DNA from: an uncultured Gammaproteobacteria bacterium
Lineage (GTDB): Bacteria; Pseudomonadota; Gammaproteobacteria; Eutrophobiales; Eutrophobiaceae
Length of the DNA stretch: 64,000 bases
Reading direction: 5' to 3'
NCBI GenBank assembly: GCA_951812995.1
Contig: CATOTD010000003.1
Coordinates: 152,825 to 216,824, forward strand
Part shown: in pieces, positions 15,301 through 30,300 of the stretch
Layout: the number at the start of each line of letters is the position of its first letter
Position numbering within the stretch: the first letter of the stretch is position 1
The notes under the pieces: generated by a model
What the model was told of the DNA's origin: nothing
What the model saw: the letters and a program-made list of their open reading frames with translations, nothing else
Databases searched by the model: none
Position numbers and translations under genes: made by a program

Positions 15301-18300
15301 GGTATTATCCCAGACCAGGTTAAGGCCGGTGATACCGGCTATGGTCACGTCGTTCGCGCTGGCATCGGCCCCGCCAATGGCCAGCACCTGACCTGCTCCC
15401 GCGCCATAGGCCAGTTGTTCATCTCCATCGGCCTCAAGACCCGTTGTAGTAATGGTAATCGTGCTAATCGTCGCCGGGATAGGCAGTTCGATCACCTGTA
15501 CCCCGAGATCATTAGCACCCGCGACAAAGGCGTAAGTCTTGCCGCCGATCACCGCCGTGGTGATGTTGAATACACCTGCGAGTTCGGTGTAGCTATCCGC
15601 GCCATCGACAAGTGCTACGACCGGGGTCGGGGCGGTCGGATCGGTGATGTCGATCACCTGCACCGCATTATCACTGGAGCCGGTCACCAGGGCGTAGGTA
15701 CGACCAGCAATGACTGTGGTAGTAATAGCAAAGGCATCCCTCAGCGCGGTGTAGGGGCTGTCTGCCTGAACAACGTTATCAAACAATGCGGCGACCGGGG
15801 TCGGGGCCGTGGGATCGGAGATGTCGATAATCTGCACCCCGCTATCCTCCCAGGCGGCAACCAGCGCGTAGGTCTGGCCTTTGATCACTACCGTGGTGAT
15901 ATCCCACGCGCCATCAAGTGCGGTATAAGGTGTATTAGCCCCTACCGTGCTGTCAGTAATGGCGGCCACATGGCTTGGGGCCGCGGGCGTTGTGATGTCA
16001 ATAATCTGCACCCCGTCATCCGCACTGGCGGCAATCAGCGCGTAGGTATGCGGCACACCGGTATCCGGGTGATTAATGACCACCGTGGTAATGCCCCGCG
16101 CCCCATCCAGCTCGGTGTAGTCGGTGAGCGCGCCCGCCGTGCTGTCAGTAATGGCCGCGACCGCGATCGGGGCCGATGGCGTTGTGATGTCAATAATCTG
16201 CACCCCGTCACCCACACTGGCGGCGACCAGCGCGTAGGTCTTGCCTTTAATCACCACCGTGGTAATACCGCGGGCACCATCAAGCTCGGTGTAGTCAACA
16301 CGGTCGGCATCAACCGGGTTACTGTCGCGTAGACCGTCACGCGCGGTGGCGATAGTCTGGATAGTCGGGGGATTGGCCGGGTCGGGATCGGGTCTGATCT
16401 CAAGTATCTGTACCCCGTCATCAGCTAAAGCGGCGACCAGCGCGTAGGTCACACCGCCGATTTTCACGGTGGTGATGGCTTCTGGGCTACTTAGCCTCAG
16501 GGCGGCGGCATCGTCGGCATCGGCTATGCTGGCGATCTGCTCGGCGGCCGCCGGGTCGCTCACATCTATCAACTGTACGCTACTGCCGCCGCGCACGGTG
16601 ACCAGCAGATAGGTCTTGTCGCCGATTGCCACGGTGCTCAGGGCGGTCGGGCCACTACGCACACCCAGCTCAAATCGGGCGGAGGCATCGTGATCATTGG
16701 CCCCATCGGCATAAGCGGCGGCGGCGGTTGGGGTCTGGAGCGCGGCATTATCACCGGCCCGGGCGTTGAGACCTAAACGAATGCCCGCACCCGCACCCAG
16801 TGCCGCAGCATTGGCCAGGCTGTTGGTGGTTTGTAGCGCGAGAGTCGGCGGGATAACATAGATAAAATGATCATCCGTCAAATCCCTTTTCAAGAACCCG
16901 GTCAGCGTGATGGTGTTACCGGCACTGGTGGTAATCTCTGCGCTACCGTTCACATCTTGGGTTTTGCGCCTTACAGCCTCAAGATCGGTAAAGCCAGCAA
17001 TAGTAGACAGATCGATTTTATTATTACCGGTGTTAAAATCGGTAATGGTGTCATTGCCGTGACCTGGGGCAAAGACAAAGGTGTCATCGTCCGCACCGCC
17101 GGTTAAGGTATCATCACCCGCGCCGCCGTTGAGGATATCATCCCCCGCACCGCCAGTAAGCTGGTCATTGCCCTGATCACCGCGCATAGCATCATTCCCG
17201 TCCCCACCGTTGAGGATGTCATTGCCCACGCCGCCGTCCAGGATGTCAACCCCCGCACCGCCGCTAAGCGTGTCATCCCCCGCGCCGCCTTCGAGTACGT
17301 TGTCATCCCCATTGCCGACCAGTACATCGTTATGCGCCGAGCCAATCAGTCTTTCGATATTGGAGAGTACATCGCCCCGTGCATCAGTAATCACGGTGTT
17401 GGTGGCATCGGTCGTCTGTGCGCCAGCCTTGTTCAGGTTGACATACACACCAGTCACACCCGTGACTGCGGCCGCCAGCCCGTTGTCTACATCCATTGCC
17501 ACATCGTAGCCCCCCGCCACTGCGACTGCTACCGCATACGAGGCGGTATCATCTGTGCCTGCGCCGCCATCAAGCATATCCGCACCCGCGCCACCCATTA
17601 AGATATCATTGCCGTCACCACCGTCCAGCCGATTGGCATCATCATTGCCGACCAGTACATCGTTATGCGCAGAACCAATCAGGTTTTCGATACTGGAGAG
17701 TACATCGCCCGTGGCCTCGCTCCCGACTTGTGCGCCGCCCTTGCGTAGATTGACATACACGCCGGTCACGCCGGTCACGCGAGCCGCCAGTCCGTTGTCG
17801 GCATCCGCCGCCACGATATACGCCACACCGGCTGCCGCTGCTGCCGCATACGAGGCCGTATCTGTACCATCGCCGCCGTTAAGCATATCCGCCCCCGCGC
17901 CGCCGGTTAAGGTGTCATCCCCCGCGCCGCCTTCGAGTACGTTGTCATCAGCATTGCCGACCAGTACATCATCATGCGCCGAACCAATCAGGTTTTCGAT
18001 ACTGGAGAGTATATCGCCCGCGGCCTCACTCCCGATTTGTGCGCCAGCCTTGCGTAGATTGACATACACGCCAGTCACGCCCGTGACTTCGGCCGCCAGC
18101 CCGTTGCGTGCATCTGCCGCTACGATATACTGCGCCACTGCTACCGCCGCCGCATACGAGGCCGTATCTGTGTCTGCGCCGCCATACAGCCGGTCAGCCC
18201 CCGCGCCGCCTTCGAGCACATTGGCATTCCCATCACCGACCAGCACATCGATATATGCCGAACCAATCAGGTTTTCGATACTGGTGAGTGTATCGCCCGT

Positions 18301-21300
18301 GGCCTCGCTCCCGACTTGTGCGCCAGACTTGCGTAGATTGACATACACGCCAGTCACGCCCGTGACTTCGGCCGCCAGCCCGTTGGGTGCATCCGCCGCC
18401 ACGACATACGGCGCAACTGCGGCCGCTCCCGCATACGAGGCCGTATCTATACCATCGCCGCCTTCGAGTGTATCAGCCCCCGCACCGCCGATGAGCATGT
18501 CATCACCCGTGCCGCCAATAAGAACGTCAATGCCCGCGCCGCCGATGAGGGTGTCATTACCCCGGTCGCCAGTAAGATTGTCAATGCCCGCGCCGCCTTC
18601 GAGGCGGTTGTTACCTCCATCGCCGGTTAAGGTGTCGTCGAAGGCCGAGCCGATGATGTTTTCGATGTTGCGCAAAACATCGCCCTCCGCCCAGCTGCTG
18701 CCGACACCTGTATTTCCCAAGCTTACTGTCACGCCACTGGCATTGTCGATGGGGGCACCGGCATAACTCACGGTATCAATACCATCGCCGCCGTCAATGG
18801 TGTCCCCACCCGCGCCGCCGTTAAGCAGGTCATTGCCATCACCGCCATACAGCCGATTGACCTCAGCATCGCCGATAAGCACATCGTCATGGATTGAGCC
18901 AATGACGTTCTCGATACGGGAGAGTTTATCGCCCCGTGCATCAGTAATCACGGTGTTGGTCGCATCGGTCGTCTGTGCCGTGCCGACCTTGTTCAAATTG
19001 ACATACACGCCGGTTATGGCTACATCAGCCGCAAGCCCGCTGTCTGCCGCTAACACGGTGTACGCTATACCGGCCGCCGCCGCATTCGCATACGAGGCCG
19101 TATCTGTGTCTGCTCCGCCGTCCAAAGTATCCGCACCCGCGCCGCCGATGAGCACGTCATTGCCAGTGCCGCCTTCGAGCTGGTTGGCATACGCATCGCC
19201 GGTGAGCGTGTCGGCGTGGTCGGTGCCGATGAGGTTTTCGATATTGCTTAAGACATCACCCGCCGCCCAGCCGCCCATGTTCTTGCTATTGTCGGACAAG
19301 TCCACGGTTACGCCGTTGCCGTCTGTGGCACCGGCATAGCTCACGGTGTCTGCGCCATCCTTGCCATCGATAAGATCGGCATTGGCGGTGGCGGCAAAGG
19401 ACTGCTCGGCATCATCGCCCACCTGCGCGCCGCGGTTGACGTTCACGCGGTGTACCGTGGCGGTGGAGGTTATTCCGCCTTGGTCGGTGAGCTCGACCGA
19501 AAACTCGCGCACGCGGTCGGTGACGGTTGCTGCATTGGCGTTTTGGTAACGCAAGGCGGCGAGGATGGCCTCAACCTCGATGGTCGTTAAGTTGCCGCCG
19601 GGCTTGGTGACGGTAATGGTACCGGCACCTGTTGCGGCATCGGTCTGGCGCCAGGCCAGCGTGAGGCCGGTGATACCGGCAATCGTGGCATTGATGGCAT
19701 CGGCATTGGCCGCCCCGCCTATCGCCAGTACCGCGCCCGTGCCATAGGCCAGTTGTTCGTCCGTGGGGTCAAGACCGGTGGCGGTAATGGTAATCGCGCG
19801 TATGGTCGCCGGGATAGGCAGTTCAATGACCTGTATGCCGACATCACTATAACCCGCGACAAAGGCGTAAGTTTTGCCCGCGATCTCCGCCATGGTGATG
19901 TTGAATACACCTGCGAGTTCGGTGTAGCTATCCGCGCCATCTCTGAGCGCTACGACCGCAGTCGGGTTTTCAGGATCGGTAATGTCGATGACCTGCACCG
20001 CATTATCACCGAAGCCTGTCACCAGGGCATAGGTACGGCCGGCAATGACTGTGGTGCTAATCGCGTAGGCAGTCCGCAGTGCGGTGTAGGGACTGGCGGC
20101 CTGACCTGCCACACTGCTATCAAACAATGCCCCGACCGCGGTCGGGGTCTCGGGCGTTGTGATGTCGATAATCTGCACACCGTGATCTTCACTGGCGGCG
20201 ACCAGCGCGTAAGTCTTGCCGTCTATTACCACCGTGGTGATATCCCACGCGCCACGCAGTGCGGTAAAGCCATCTGCATCATCAGTAATCGCGGCAACAT
20301 GACTAGGGGTCTCGGGCGTTGTGATGTCAATAATCTGTACCCCGTCATCCGCGCTGGCGGCGACCAGCGCATAGGTCTGGCCTTTAATCACCACCGTGGT
20401 AATGCCAATCGCACCATCGAGCTCGGTGTAGTCGGTGAGCGCGCCCGCCGTGCTGTCAGTAATGGCCGCGGTCGCGATCGGGGCGGCGGGCGTGGTGATG
20501 TCGATAATCTGTACCCCGTCATCATTGAAGGCGGCGACCAAGGCGTAGGTCTTGCCTTTAATCACCACCGTGGTAATGCCGCGGGCACCTAAGAGTTCGG
20601 TGTAGTTGGTGGTCGCATCGGGGTGATTGTCGGGTTGATCCTCACGCGCGGTGGCAATGGTCTGAATAGTCGGGGGGTTGTCGGGGTTGAGGGGATCGGT
20701 TCTAAGCTCAAGTATCTGTACCCCGTCATCACCCAAGGCGGCGACCAGCGCGTAGGTCACACCGCCGATGACCACGGTGGTGATGGCTTCTGGGCTACTC
20801 AGCTCCAGCATGTCGGTATTGGCTATGCTGCCGATCTGCTCGGCGGCCGCCGGGTCGCTCACGTCTATCAACTGTACGCTGTTGCTAACGCGCACGGTGG
20901 CCAGCAGATAGGTCTTGCCGCCGATGTCCACGGTGCTCAGGGCGGTCGGGCCTACCAGCGAAAATTGGGCGGAGTCATCGGCATCATTGACCCCATTGGC
21001 ATAAGCCGCCGTAGCGGTTGGGGTCTGGAGCGCGGCATCATCGCCGGCCCGAGTGTTGGCTCCCAAGACCACACCCGTGGTCAGTGCCGCCTCGTTGAGT
21101 ATGCTGTAAGAGGTTTTAAGTGCCAGGGTCGGCGGGATAGCATAGATAAAATCATCTTCCGTCAAGTCATTCTCCTCGACCCCGGTCAGCGTGATGGTAT
21201 GGCCAAGACGGGTGGTAATGACTGTATTGCCATTGCCATCATCAAGCGTTGCGTCCTGCACAGCTTTCAGGTTGGTAAAGCCCGCAATGGCGGATAGATC

Positions 21301-24300
21301 GATTTTATTATTACCGATAGTAAAATCGGTAATGGTGTCTGTGCCGTGACCGGGCTTAAAGACAAAGGTATCATTACCCGCGCCGCCGGTTAAGGTGTCA
21401 TTACCGGCGCCGCCTTCGAGCGTGTCATTATTTGCGCCACCGTCCAGGGTATCCGCCCCCGCGCCACCGCTAAGGTGGTCATTGCCCGCACCACCGTCCA
21501 GCCGATTGACCCCCGCATTGCCGATCAGTACATCGTTATGGCCTGAGCCAATCAGGTTTTCGATATTGGTGAGTGTATCGCCTTCGGCATCGCCGCCCGC
21601 ATTATTGTTATTGTCGGATAAGTCCACGGTCACACCGGCCGCTGAGGCGGCGTAGCTTGCGATATCTGTGCCTGCGCCGCCGTCAATCGTGTCATCACCA
21701 TCGCCGCCGCCAAGCGTGTCATCACCGGCACCGCCGATAAGTGTGTCATCATCTGCGCCGCCGATTAAGTTATCATCACCCGCGCCGCCATCTAGCGTAT
21801 CATCGCCCGCGCCGCCGATTAAGTTATCATCACCCGCGCCGCCGTTAAGCGTATCATCGCCATCGCCGCCGATTAAGGTATCATCACCCAAACCGCCGAT
21901 AAGTGTATCGGCACCGGCGTTGCCGCTAAGCGTGTCATCGCCCGCGCCGCCGTCTAAGCGGTTGTCATTCCCATCGCCGATCAGTACATCGTTATGCGCT
22001 GAGCCAATGACGTTTTCGATATTGGAAAGTACATCGCCACGCGCATCAGTAATGGTGCCGCCCGTCGTCTGTCCACCGACCGTGTTTAGATTGACATACA
22101 CGCCGGTTATGCGTACATCAGCCGCCAGCCCGCTGTCTGCCGCTGTCACGGTGTACGGTACCCTGGCTACCGCTGCCGCCGCATACGAGGCGGTATCAAT
22201 GCCATCGCCGCCGTTAAGGAAGTCCGTATGCGCGCCGCCGATGAGGGTATCATCCCCCGCACCGCCGTTTAAGCTATCAATACCCGCGCCGCCTTCCAGC
22301 CGGTTGTCATTCCCATCGCCAGTTAAGACATCGGCGTGGGCAGTACCGATCAGGTTTTCGATATTGAGCAAGATATCGCCCGCCGCCCAGCCGTTCGCAT
22401 TCTTGGTATTGTCGGATAAATCCACGGTCACGCCGTTGCCGTCTGTGGCTACGGCATAGTTCATGGTATCCGTGCCGCCCTGGCCATCGATAATATCGGC
22501 GGTGGCGGTGGCATCATAGTCATTATCATTATCATCGCCAATGATCGCGCCGCTGTTGAAGTTCACGCGGTGTACTGTGGGGGTGGAGTCTAGCCCGTCC
22601 TTGTCAGTTAAGACGATCGAAAATTCGCGCACGCGGTCGGTGGCAGTGCCTGGATCGTCATTGTCATAGCGCAAGGCGGCGAGGATGGCCTCGACCTCTA
22701 TGGTGGTAAGGTTGCCGCCGCCGTTTTTCGTGAGCGTGATGGTGTTCGCGGTATTATCCCAGACTATATTAAGGCCCGTAATACCGGCAATCGTGACACC
22801 GCTCACGCTGTTATCATCCCCGCCTATCGCGAGTACCTGACCCGTGCCATAGACCAGCCGCTCGTTGGTAGCATCCAGACCCGTGGCGGTAATCGTAATC
22901 GTGGTAATCGTCGCCGATATTGGCAGTTCAATGACCTGTACGCTGCTATCAAGATAGGCACTGACCAGGGCGTAGACCTTGCCGTCGATCACCGCCGTGG
23001 TGATGTCCTCTGCACCATCCAATAAGGTATTGGGATCCGTATTAGTAATCGTGCCTGCGGGCCTGGGATTCTCCGGGTCGGAGATGTCGATAATCTGTAC
23101 CCCGTCATCAGTAATGGCGGCGACCAGGGCATAGGTCGCATCGCCGATCTTCACCGTGGTGATGCCAATTGCACCATCCAGGGCGGTGTAGCCGGTGGGG
23201 GTTGCCACCGTGCTGTCAGTAATCGCGGCCGTGGCAGTCGGCATGGCGGGGTTGGAGATGTCGATAATCTGTACCCCGTCATCATTATAGGCGGCGACCA
23301 GCGCGTAGGTCTTGCCGTCTATCACCGCCGTGGTGATGGCGATTGCACCCTGCAGTTCGGTGTAAGGCGTATTAGCCTCTGGCGTGCTGTCAGTAATCGC
23401 GGCGACTGGGCTAGGGGCCGCGGGCGTAGTGATGTCGATAATCTGTACCCCGTTATCATCATGGGCGGCGACCAGGGCGTAGGTATGCGACACACCGGTA
23501 TTCGGATCATCAATGACCACCGTGGTGATTGAATATGGGCCCAACAGTTCGGGGTATCTAGCGCTATCGGTAATCGCGGCGACCGGGGTCGGGGCCGAGG
23601 GCGTGCTGATGTCGATGATCTGTACCCCGTTATCATATTCGGCGGCGACCAGGGCGTAGGTGTTGGCACCGATCTTCACCGTGGTGATGGCACGGACACC
23701 ATCCAGGGCGGTGTAGCCATCTTGCCCATAAGTAATCGCGGCCGTGGCAGTCGGCCTGGCGGGTGTGCTGATGTCGATAATCTGTACCCCGTTATCATCG
23801 AAGGCGGCGACCAGCGCGTAGGTATGCGGCACACCGGTATCCGGGTCATTAATAACCACCGTGGTTATTGAATATGGGCCCAACAGTTCGGTGTATTGAT
23901 TATTATTGGCATCTCGACCGCCATCGGTAATCGCGGCCGTGGCAGTCGGCCTGGCGGGATTGGAGATGTTGAGTATCTGTACCCCACCATCATCATTATT
24001 ATAGGCGGCGACCAGGGCGTAGGGGATGCCGCCGATTTCCACCGTGGTGATGGACTCTGGCTCAATCAGCCTGGTATTGACACCATTGTCGGTAATGCGG
24101 CCCCTCGCCACCGGGGGGGCCTGAAAGACGACATTATCGTCCGCCGTGGTGTTGGCTCCCAAGACCACACCCGCACCCAGTGCCGCATCGTTGGCCAGGC
24201 TGTAAGTTCTTTGTAGCGCGAGAGCTGGCGGGGCAGAATAGATAAAATCACCTTCCGCCAAGCCCGCTTCCAAGACCCCGGTCAAGGTGATGGTGTTACC

Positions 24301-27300
24301 AGCACGGGTGGTAATGACTGTATTGCCACTGCCATCATCAGCCGTTGCATCGAGTACAGCTTGAAAATTGCTAAAGCCAGCAATGGCGGATAAGTCGATT
24401 TTATCGGTGCCGCTTACAAAGTCAGCAATCGTGTCTGCGCCATGATCGGGGGTAAAGACAAAAGTATCGGCACCGGCGCCGCCGGTTAAGGTATTTGCCT
24501 TTGCATCGCCGACCAGCACATCGCCCTGCGCCGAGCCAACCAGGTTTTCGATATGGGTGAGTGTATCGCCTGCGGCATCGCTCCCAACTTGTGCGCCGGC
24601 CTTGTTCAAATTGACATAGACGCCGGTCACGCCAGTGACGCGGGTAACCAGCCCATGGGCTACATCCGCCGCCACATCGTAGCTCGCCACTGCTCCCGCC
24701 GCCGCATACGAGGCGGTATCCATGCCATCGCCGCCATCCATAGTATCGGCACCCGCGCCGCCGTCTAAAGTATCATCACCCACGCCGCCATCAAGCGTAT
24801 CATCGTCATCGCCGCCGTCTAAAGTGTCATCACCGGCGCCGCCGGTTAAGGTATCAGCACCGCCGCCGCCGCTAAGGTAATCATCACCCGCGCCGCCGTC
24901 TAAGCGGTTGGCATTGACATCACCGACCAGCACATCGTTATGCGCCGAGCCAATCAGGTTTTCAATACTGGCGAGTCTATCGCCCGCGGCCTCGCTACCG
25001 ACTTGTCCGCCGTTCTTGTTCAAATTGACATACACACCAGTCACGCCCGTGACTTGGGCCGCCAGCCCATTGCCTGCATCTGCCGCCACGTCATACGGCG
25101 CAACCGCGCCTGCTGCCGCATACGAGGCGGTATCGGTACCTCCGCCGCCGCGTAAACCATCGGCACCCGCGCCGCCGATGAGCGTGTCATTATCCCCCTC
25201 GCCGTTAAGCGTATCGTTACCCACGCCACCGATTAAGGTGTCATCGCCCGTACCGCCATTTAGCGTATCCGCGCCATCGCCGCCATCTAGCACGTCATTG
25301 CCCGTACCGCCATTTAGCGCGTCTATGCCTGCGCCGCCATCTAGCACGTCATTCCCATCCTCGCCATACAGACTGTCATGGCCATCACCACCAGTTAAGG
25401 TGTCAGCCCCCGCATCACCGCTAAGCTGGTCATTGCCCGCACCGCCATCTAGCACGTCATTGCCCGCGCCGCCATACAGCACGTCAATGCCTGCGCCGCC
25501 ATACAGCCGATTGACCTCAGCATCACCGACCAGTACATCGTTATAGTCTGAGCCAATCAGGTTTTCGATATTGGAGAGCACATCGCCCTGCGCATCAGTC
25601 GCCGCGGTGTTGGTCGCATCGGTGGTCTGTGCGCCGACTTTGTGTAGGTTGACATAGACGCCGGTCACACCCGTGACGCGACTTGCCAGCCCGTTGTCTG
25701 CATCTGCCGCCACGGTATACGCCGCCACTGCCGCCGCACCCGCATACGAGGCGGTATCTGTGCCATCGCCGCCATCAATCCTATCGGCCCCCGCGCCGCC
25801 TTCAAGCGTGTCATCACCGGCACCGCCGACCAAGGTATCGATACCCGCGCCGCCAATCAGCGTATCATCACCCGCGCCGCCGCTTAAGATATCGACACCG
25901 GCACCGCCTTCCAGCCGGTTGGCCTGATCATCGCCGGTCAGAATATCGTGATGCGCCGAGCCGACCAGGTTTTCGATATTGTTTAAGACATCGCCTATCG
26001 CAAAGCCATTGGCGTTATTGGCATTGTCGGATAAATCCACATTCACACCGTCATTGGAGCCGGCATAACTCACGGTATCGACACCGTCTCCGCCATCGAT
26101 ATTATCTATGCTTGCGGTTGCGCTATAGTCATTTGCCTCCGGCCCGCCGACCACGACCACGGCGGCCCTTTGATCCACATTCACAATACGAACTGCGGCG
26201 GTCGATTCCAGACCTTCGTCATCGGTTAGCACAATCGAAAAGGTGCGCTCGCCATCAGTAGCACCCGCGGTATTTCGATAGCGTAGCGCATTGAGGATCA
26301 CCTCGACCTCGATGGTGGTTAAGTTGCCGCCGCCGTTTTTAGTGATTGTGATGGTGTTCTCGGAGGTATCCCAGGCAATATCAATACCGGTTATACCGGC
26401 GATAGTCACGTCATTGGCAGCGACATCGGCCGCGCCACCAATGGCCAGCGTCAGGGCATTACCCATAGCATCACTACCATAGACCAGTTGTTCGTTCGTG
26501 GTATCAAGACCGGTGGTGGTAATAGTAATGGTGGTAATGGTTGCCGGTGGTGAGAGTTCGATCACCTGTACCCCGATATCCCCATAACCCGCGACAAAGG
26601 CATAAGTCTTGCCGCCCACCACCGCGGTGGTGATGTCGTTGGCATTTAAGAGTTGGGTGTAGCCGCCTGCGCCATCGCTAAGTGCGGCGACCGCGCTCGG
26701 ATGCTCAGGGTCGGTAATGTCAATCACCTGCACCCCGTCATCGCCACTAGCGGCGACCAGGGCGTAGGTACGACCGGCAATGACTGTGGTGCTAATAGCA
26801 CGCGCACCACTGAGTTCGGTGTAGGGGCCTCCAGCCACCACGCCGTCATCAAACAATGCCGCGACCGGCTTCGGGGTCGCGGGGGTGGAGATGTCAATAA
26901 TCTGCACCCCGTTATCGCCAGAGGCGGCGACCAGGGCGTAGGTCTTGCCGTCTATCACCACCGTGGTAATGGCCCACGCGCCCCACAGCGCGGTAAAGCC
27001 GTCCGCATTATCGCGGATCGCCGCGACCGGCTTCGGGGCGGCGGGGGTGGAGATGTCGATAATCTGCACGGCGTTGTCAAGGAAACTTGCCACCAGCGCA
27101 TAGGTGGCCTTGCCGATTGTTACCGTGCTAATACCGCGCGCGCCCAGCAGGGCAGTATCGGCGGTATCGGTAATCGCGGCGACCGCCTTCGGGTCGGTGG
27201 GGGTGGAGATGTCGATAATCTGCACCCCGTTATCGCCACTGGCCGCGACCAGGGCGTAGATCGCATTGCCGATTGTCACGGTAGTAATCGCGGTCGCACG

Positions 27301-30300
27301 ACCCAGTGCGCTAAAAGTATTGCCCGCGCTGTCGTTTGTACCATCGCCAATGGCCGCGACCGCGATCGGGTTGGGGTTGGTGACCGGGTCGCTGATGTCA
27401 AGTATCTGCACCCCGTTATCGTTACTGGCGGCAACCAGCGCATAAGTGCTATCGCCGATCTTGACCGTGGTGATGGCTTGCGGGTTGTTCAGCTCCAGCG
27501 CGTTGGTATTGGCGATGCTACCGACCTGGGTGGGGGCGGCGGGGTTATCCACGTTAATAATCTGTACGCTGTTGGTTTCTATGGTGACCAGCAGATAGGT
27601 GCTACCGCCAATCTCCACGGTCGTGACCGCGAGCGGGCCTAGACCTATAGTACCCATCTCAAAAGCGACACCATTGCCATCATTGACCCCATCCTGGATA
27701 GCAAAGGTGGCGGCGGGCGCGATGCTTTGATGATCATTCACGCGCGCGCCGGTGCTGACATCTACCAGGGCAAGGCCGGCGTTTAAGCTCAAGTTATTAG
27801 TCCGCGTGGCCAGACCGAGCATGGTGCTGTCGGCGGGTTTTAAGTCCAGGATTGGGCTGGAGTCAAAATAGCTCAGATTATCGTCGCTAAGCTGGGCTTC
27901 CTGGACACCGATTAAGGTAATGTCGCCGTAAGCGGTGGTAATAACCGTGTTGGCACCAGCATCTGCTGTTGCGCCTTGCACCGCGGCCAGGTTGTTCGCG
28001 CCGATCAAGGCCGAGAGATCAAGGGTATCTTCAGCGGGATTAAAGTCGGTAATGGTGATATCGCCATGGCCGGGTTTGATGATAAAGGTATCGGCCCCAC
28101 CGCCGCCGGTTAAGGTGTCATCACCGCCGCCGCCACCGCTTAAAGTATCTGCGCCTAGCCCGCCTTTGATCACGTTGGCATTACCATCGCCAGTTAGCAC
28201 ATCGTCATGGCCGGAGCCATCGATATTTTCAATACCGGTTAGGATATCGCCCTCGGCATTGCCGCCGGCATTATTGCTATTGTCGGACAAATCCACGGTC
28301 ACACCGGCCGCTGAGGCCGCGTAGCTGACGGTATCAATCCCGGTACCACCGCGCAAGGTATCGCGCCCCGCGCCGCCGACCAAGAAATCATCACCCGCGC
28401 CGCCATCAATCGTGTCATCACCCGCGCCGCCGTCAAGCGTATCTGCGCCATCGCCGCCATCCAGGGTATCATCACCATCGCCGCCGCTAAACAGGTTGGC
28501 ATTGACATCGCCAGTTAAGCTGTCGTCATTGGCGGTACCGATCAGGTTTTCGATATTGCTTAAGACATCACCTGCGGCAAAGCCATTGGCATTATTGGTA
28601 TGGTCGGACAAATCCACAGTTACGCCGTTGCCGTCATCGGCGGTGGCATAACTCACGGTATCCGTGCCGCCTTTGCCATCGATAAAATCGGCGGCGGCGG
28701 TGGCAAAAAATAAATTGGGGGCGCCATCGCCCACTTGCGCGCCTCTGTTGACGTTCACGCTATGGACCGCCGGGGTGGTGGTCGTTAGTCCATCGGCATC
28801 GGTGAGCACAATCGAGAAGGTGCGCTCGCCATTGTTGGCAGTGGCGGCATTGGCGTTTTGATAACGCAGCGCGGCCAGGATCGCCTCGACCTCAATGGTG
28901 GTTAAGTTGCCGCCGCCGTGTTTGGTGAGCGTGATGGTTTTTGCCGCGCGATCCCAGGCTATATCAATACCAGCGACACCGCCGATGCTAAGGTTGCTCG
29001 CGCTGGTATTGGCCGCGCCGATCACTAGCACCTGACCCGCGCCGGTGCCATAGGCCAGTTGTTCATCTCCATCGGCATCTAAGCCAGTCGTGGTAATAGT
29101 AATCGCGCGTATGGTCGCCGAGATGGGCAGTTCGATCACCTGTATGCCAGCATCACCCAGACTCGCGACAAAGGCGTAGAGCTTGCCGCCTATCACCACC
29201 GTAGTAATCCCGGCGGCACCACCCAGTGCGGTGTAGCCGCCTGCGTCATCGCGGAGTGCGGCGACCGCAGTCGGGGCGGCCGGGTCGGTGATGTCGATCA
29301 CCTGTACCCCGTGATCATCGAGGGAGGCGACCAGGGCATAGGTACGACCGGCAATGACTGTGGTCGTGATAACACGCGGGCCATTGAGTTCGGTGTAGCC
29401 ATCGACACCATCGCGGATCGCGGCAACCGGGGTCGGGGTCTCGGGGGTAGAGATGTCAATAATCTGCACCCCGTTATCGCCAGAGGAGGCGACCAGGGCG
29501 TAGGTCTTGCCTTTGATTACCACCGTGGTAATGTCCCGGGCAGCACCCAGTGCGGTAAAGCCGCCTACCCCATCGGTAATCGCCGCGACCGCGCTTGGAG
29601 TCTCGGGCGTAGAGATGTCGATAATCTGCACCCCGCTATCATCGAAGGCGGCAATCAGCGCATAAGTCTTGCCTTTAATCACCACCGTGGTGATGGCCTG
29701 CACACCTTCCAGCTCGGTGTAAGGGGTATTGGCCAGCGCTGTGCTGTCAGTAATCGCCGCGACCGCGAGCGGGGCGCGCGGTGTGGAGATGTCGATAATC
29801 TGCACCCCGTTATCGGTATTGGCGGCAACCAGCGCGTAAGTCTTGCCGCCGATTACCACCGTGGTAATGCTCTGCGCACCTTCCAGTTCGCTGTAGTTGA
29901 CCCGATCGCCTGCGGTCGGATTACTGTCGGGTTGGCCATCACTGGCGGTCGCGATAGCCACAATAGTCGGGGGGTTGGCCGGGTCAGCGTCGGGTCTGAT
30001 CTCTAGTATCTGTACCCCGTTATCACCCAAGGCGGCGATCAGCACGTAAGTCACCCCGCCGATTACTACCGTGGTAATACTCTGCGGGCTACTTAGTTCC
30101 AGAGCGGGGGTATCGGTAAGGCTGGCGATCTGTTTGGCGGCCGCCGGATCGCTCACGTCTATCAACTGTACGCTATTGCCGCCGGACTCAGTAACCAGCA
30201 GATAGGTCTTACCGTTGATAACTACGGTCGTGACCGCGAGCGGGCCAGTAAAACCACCAGCCGTACCCAGCTCAAAACGCTGGACGGGGTCACTGGCATC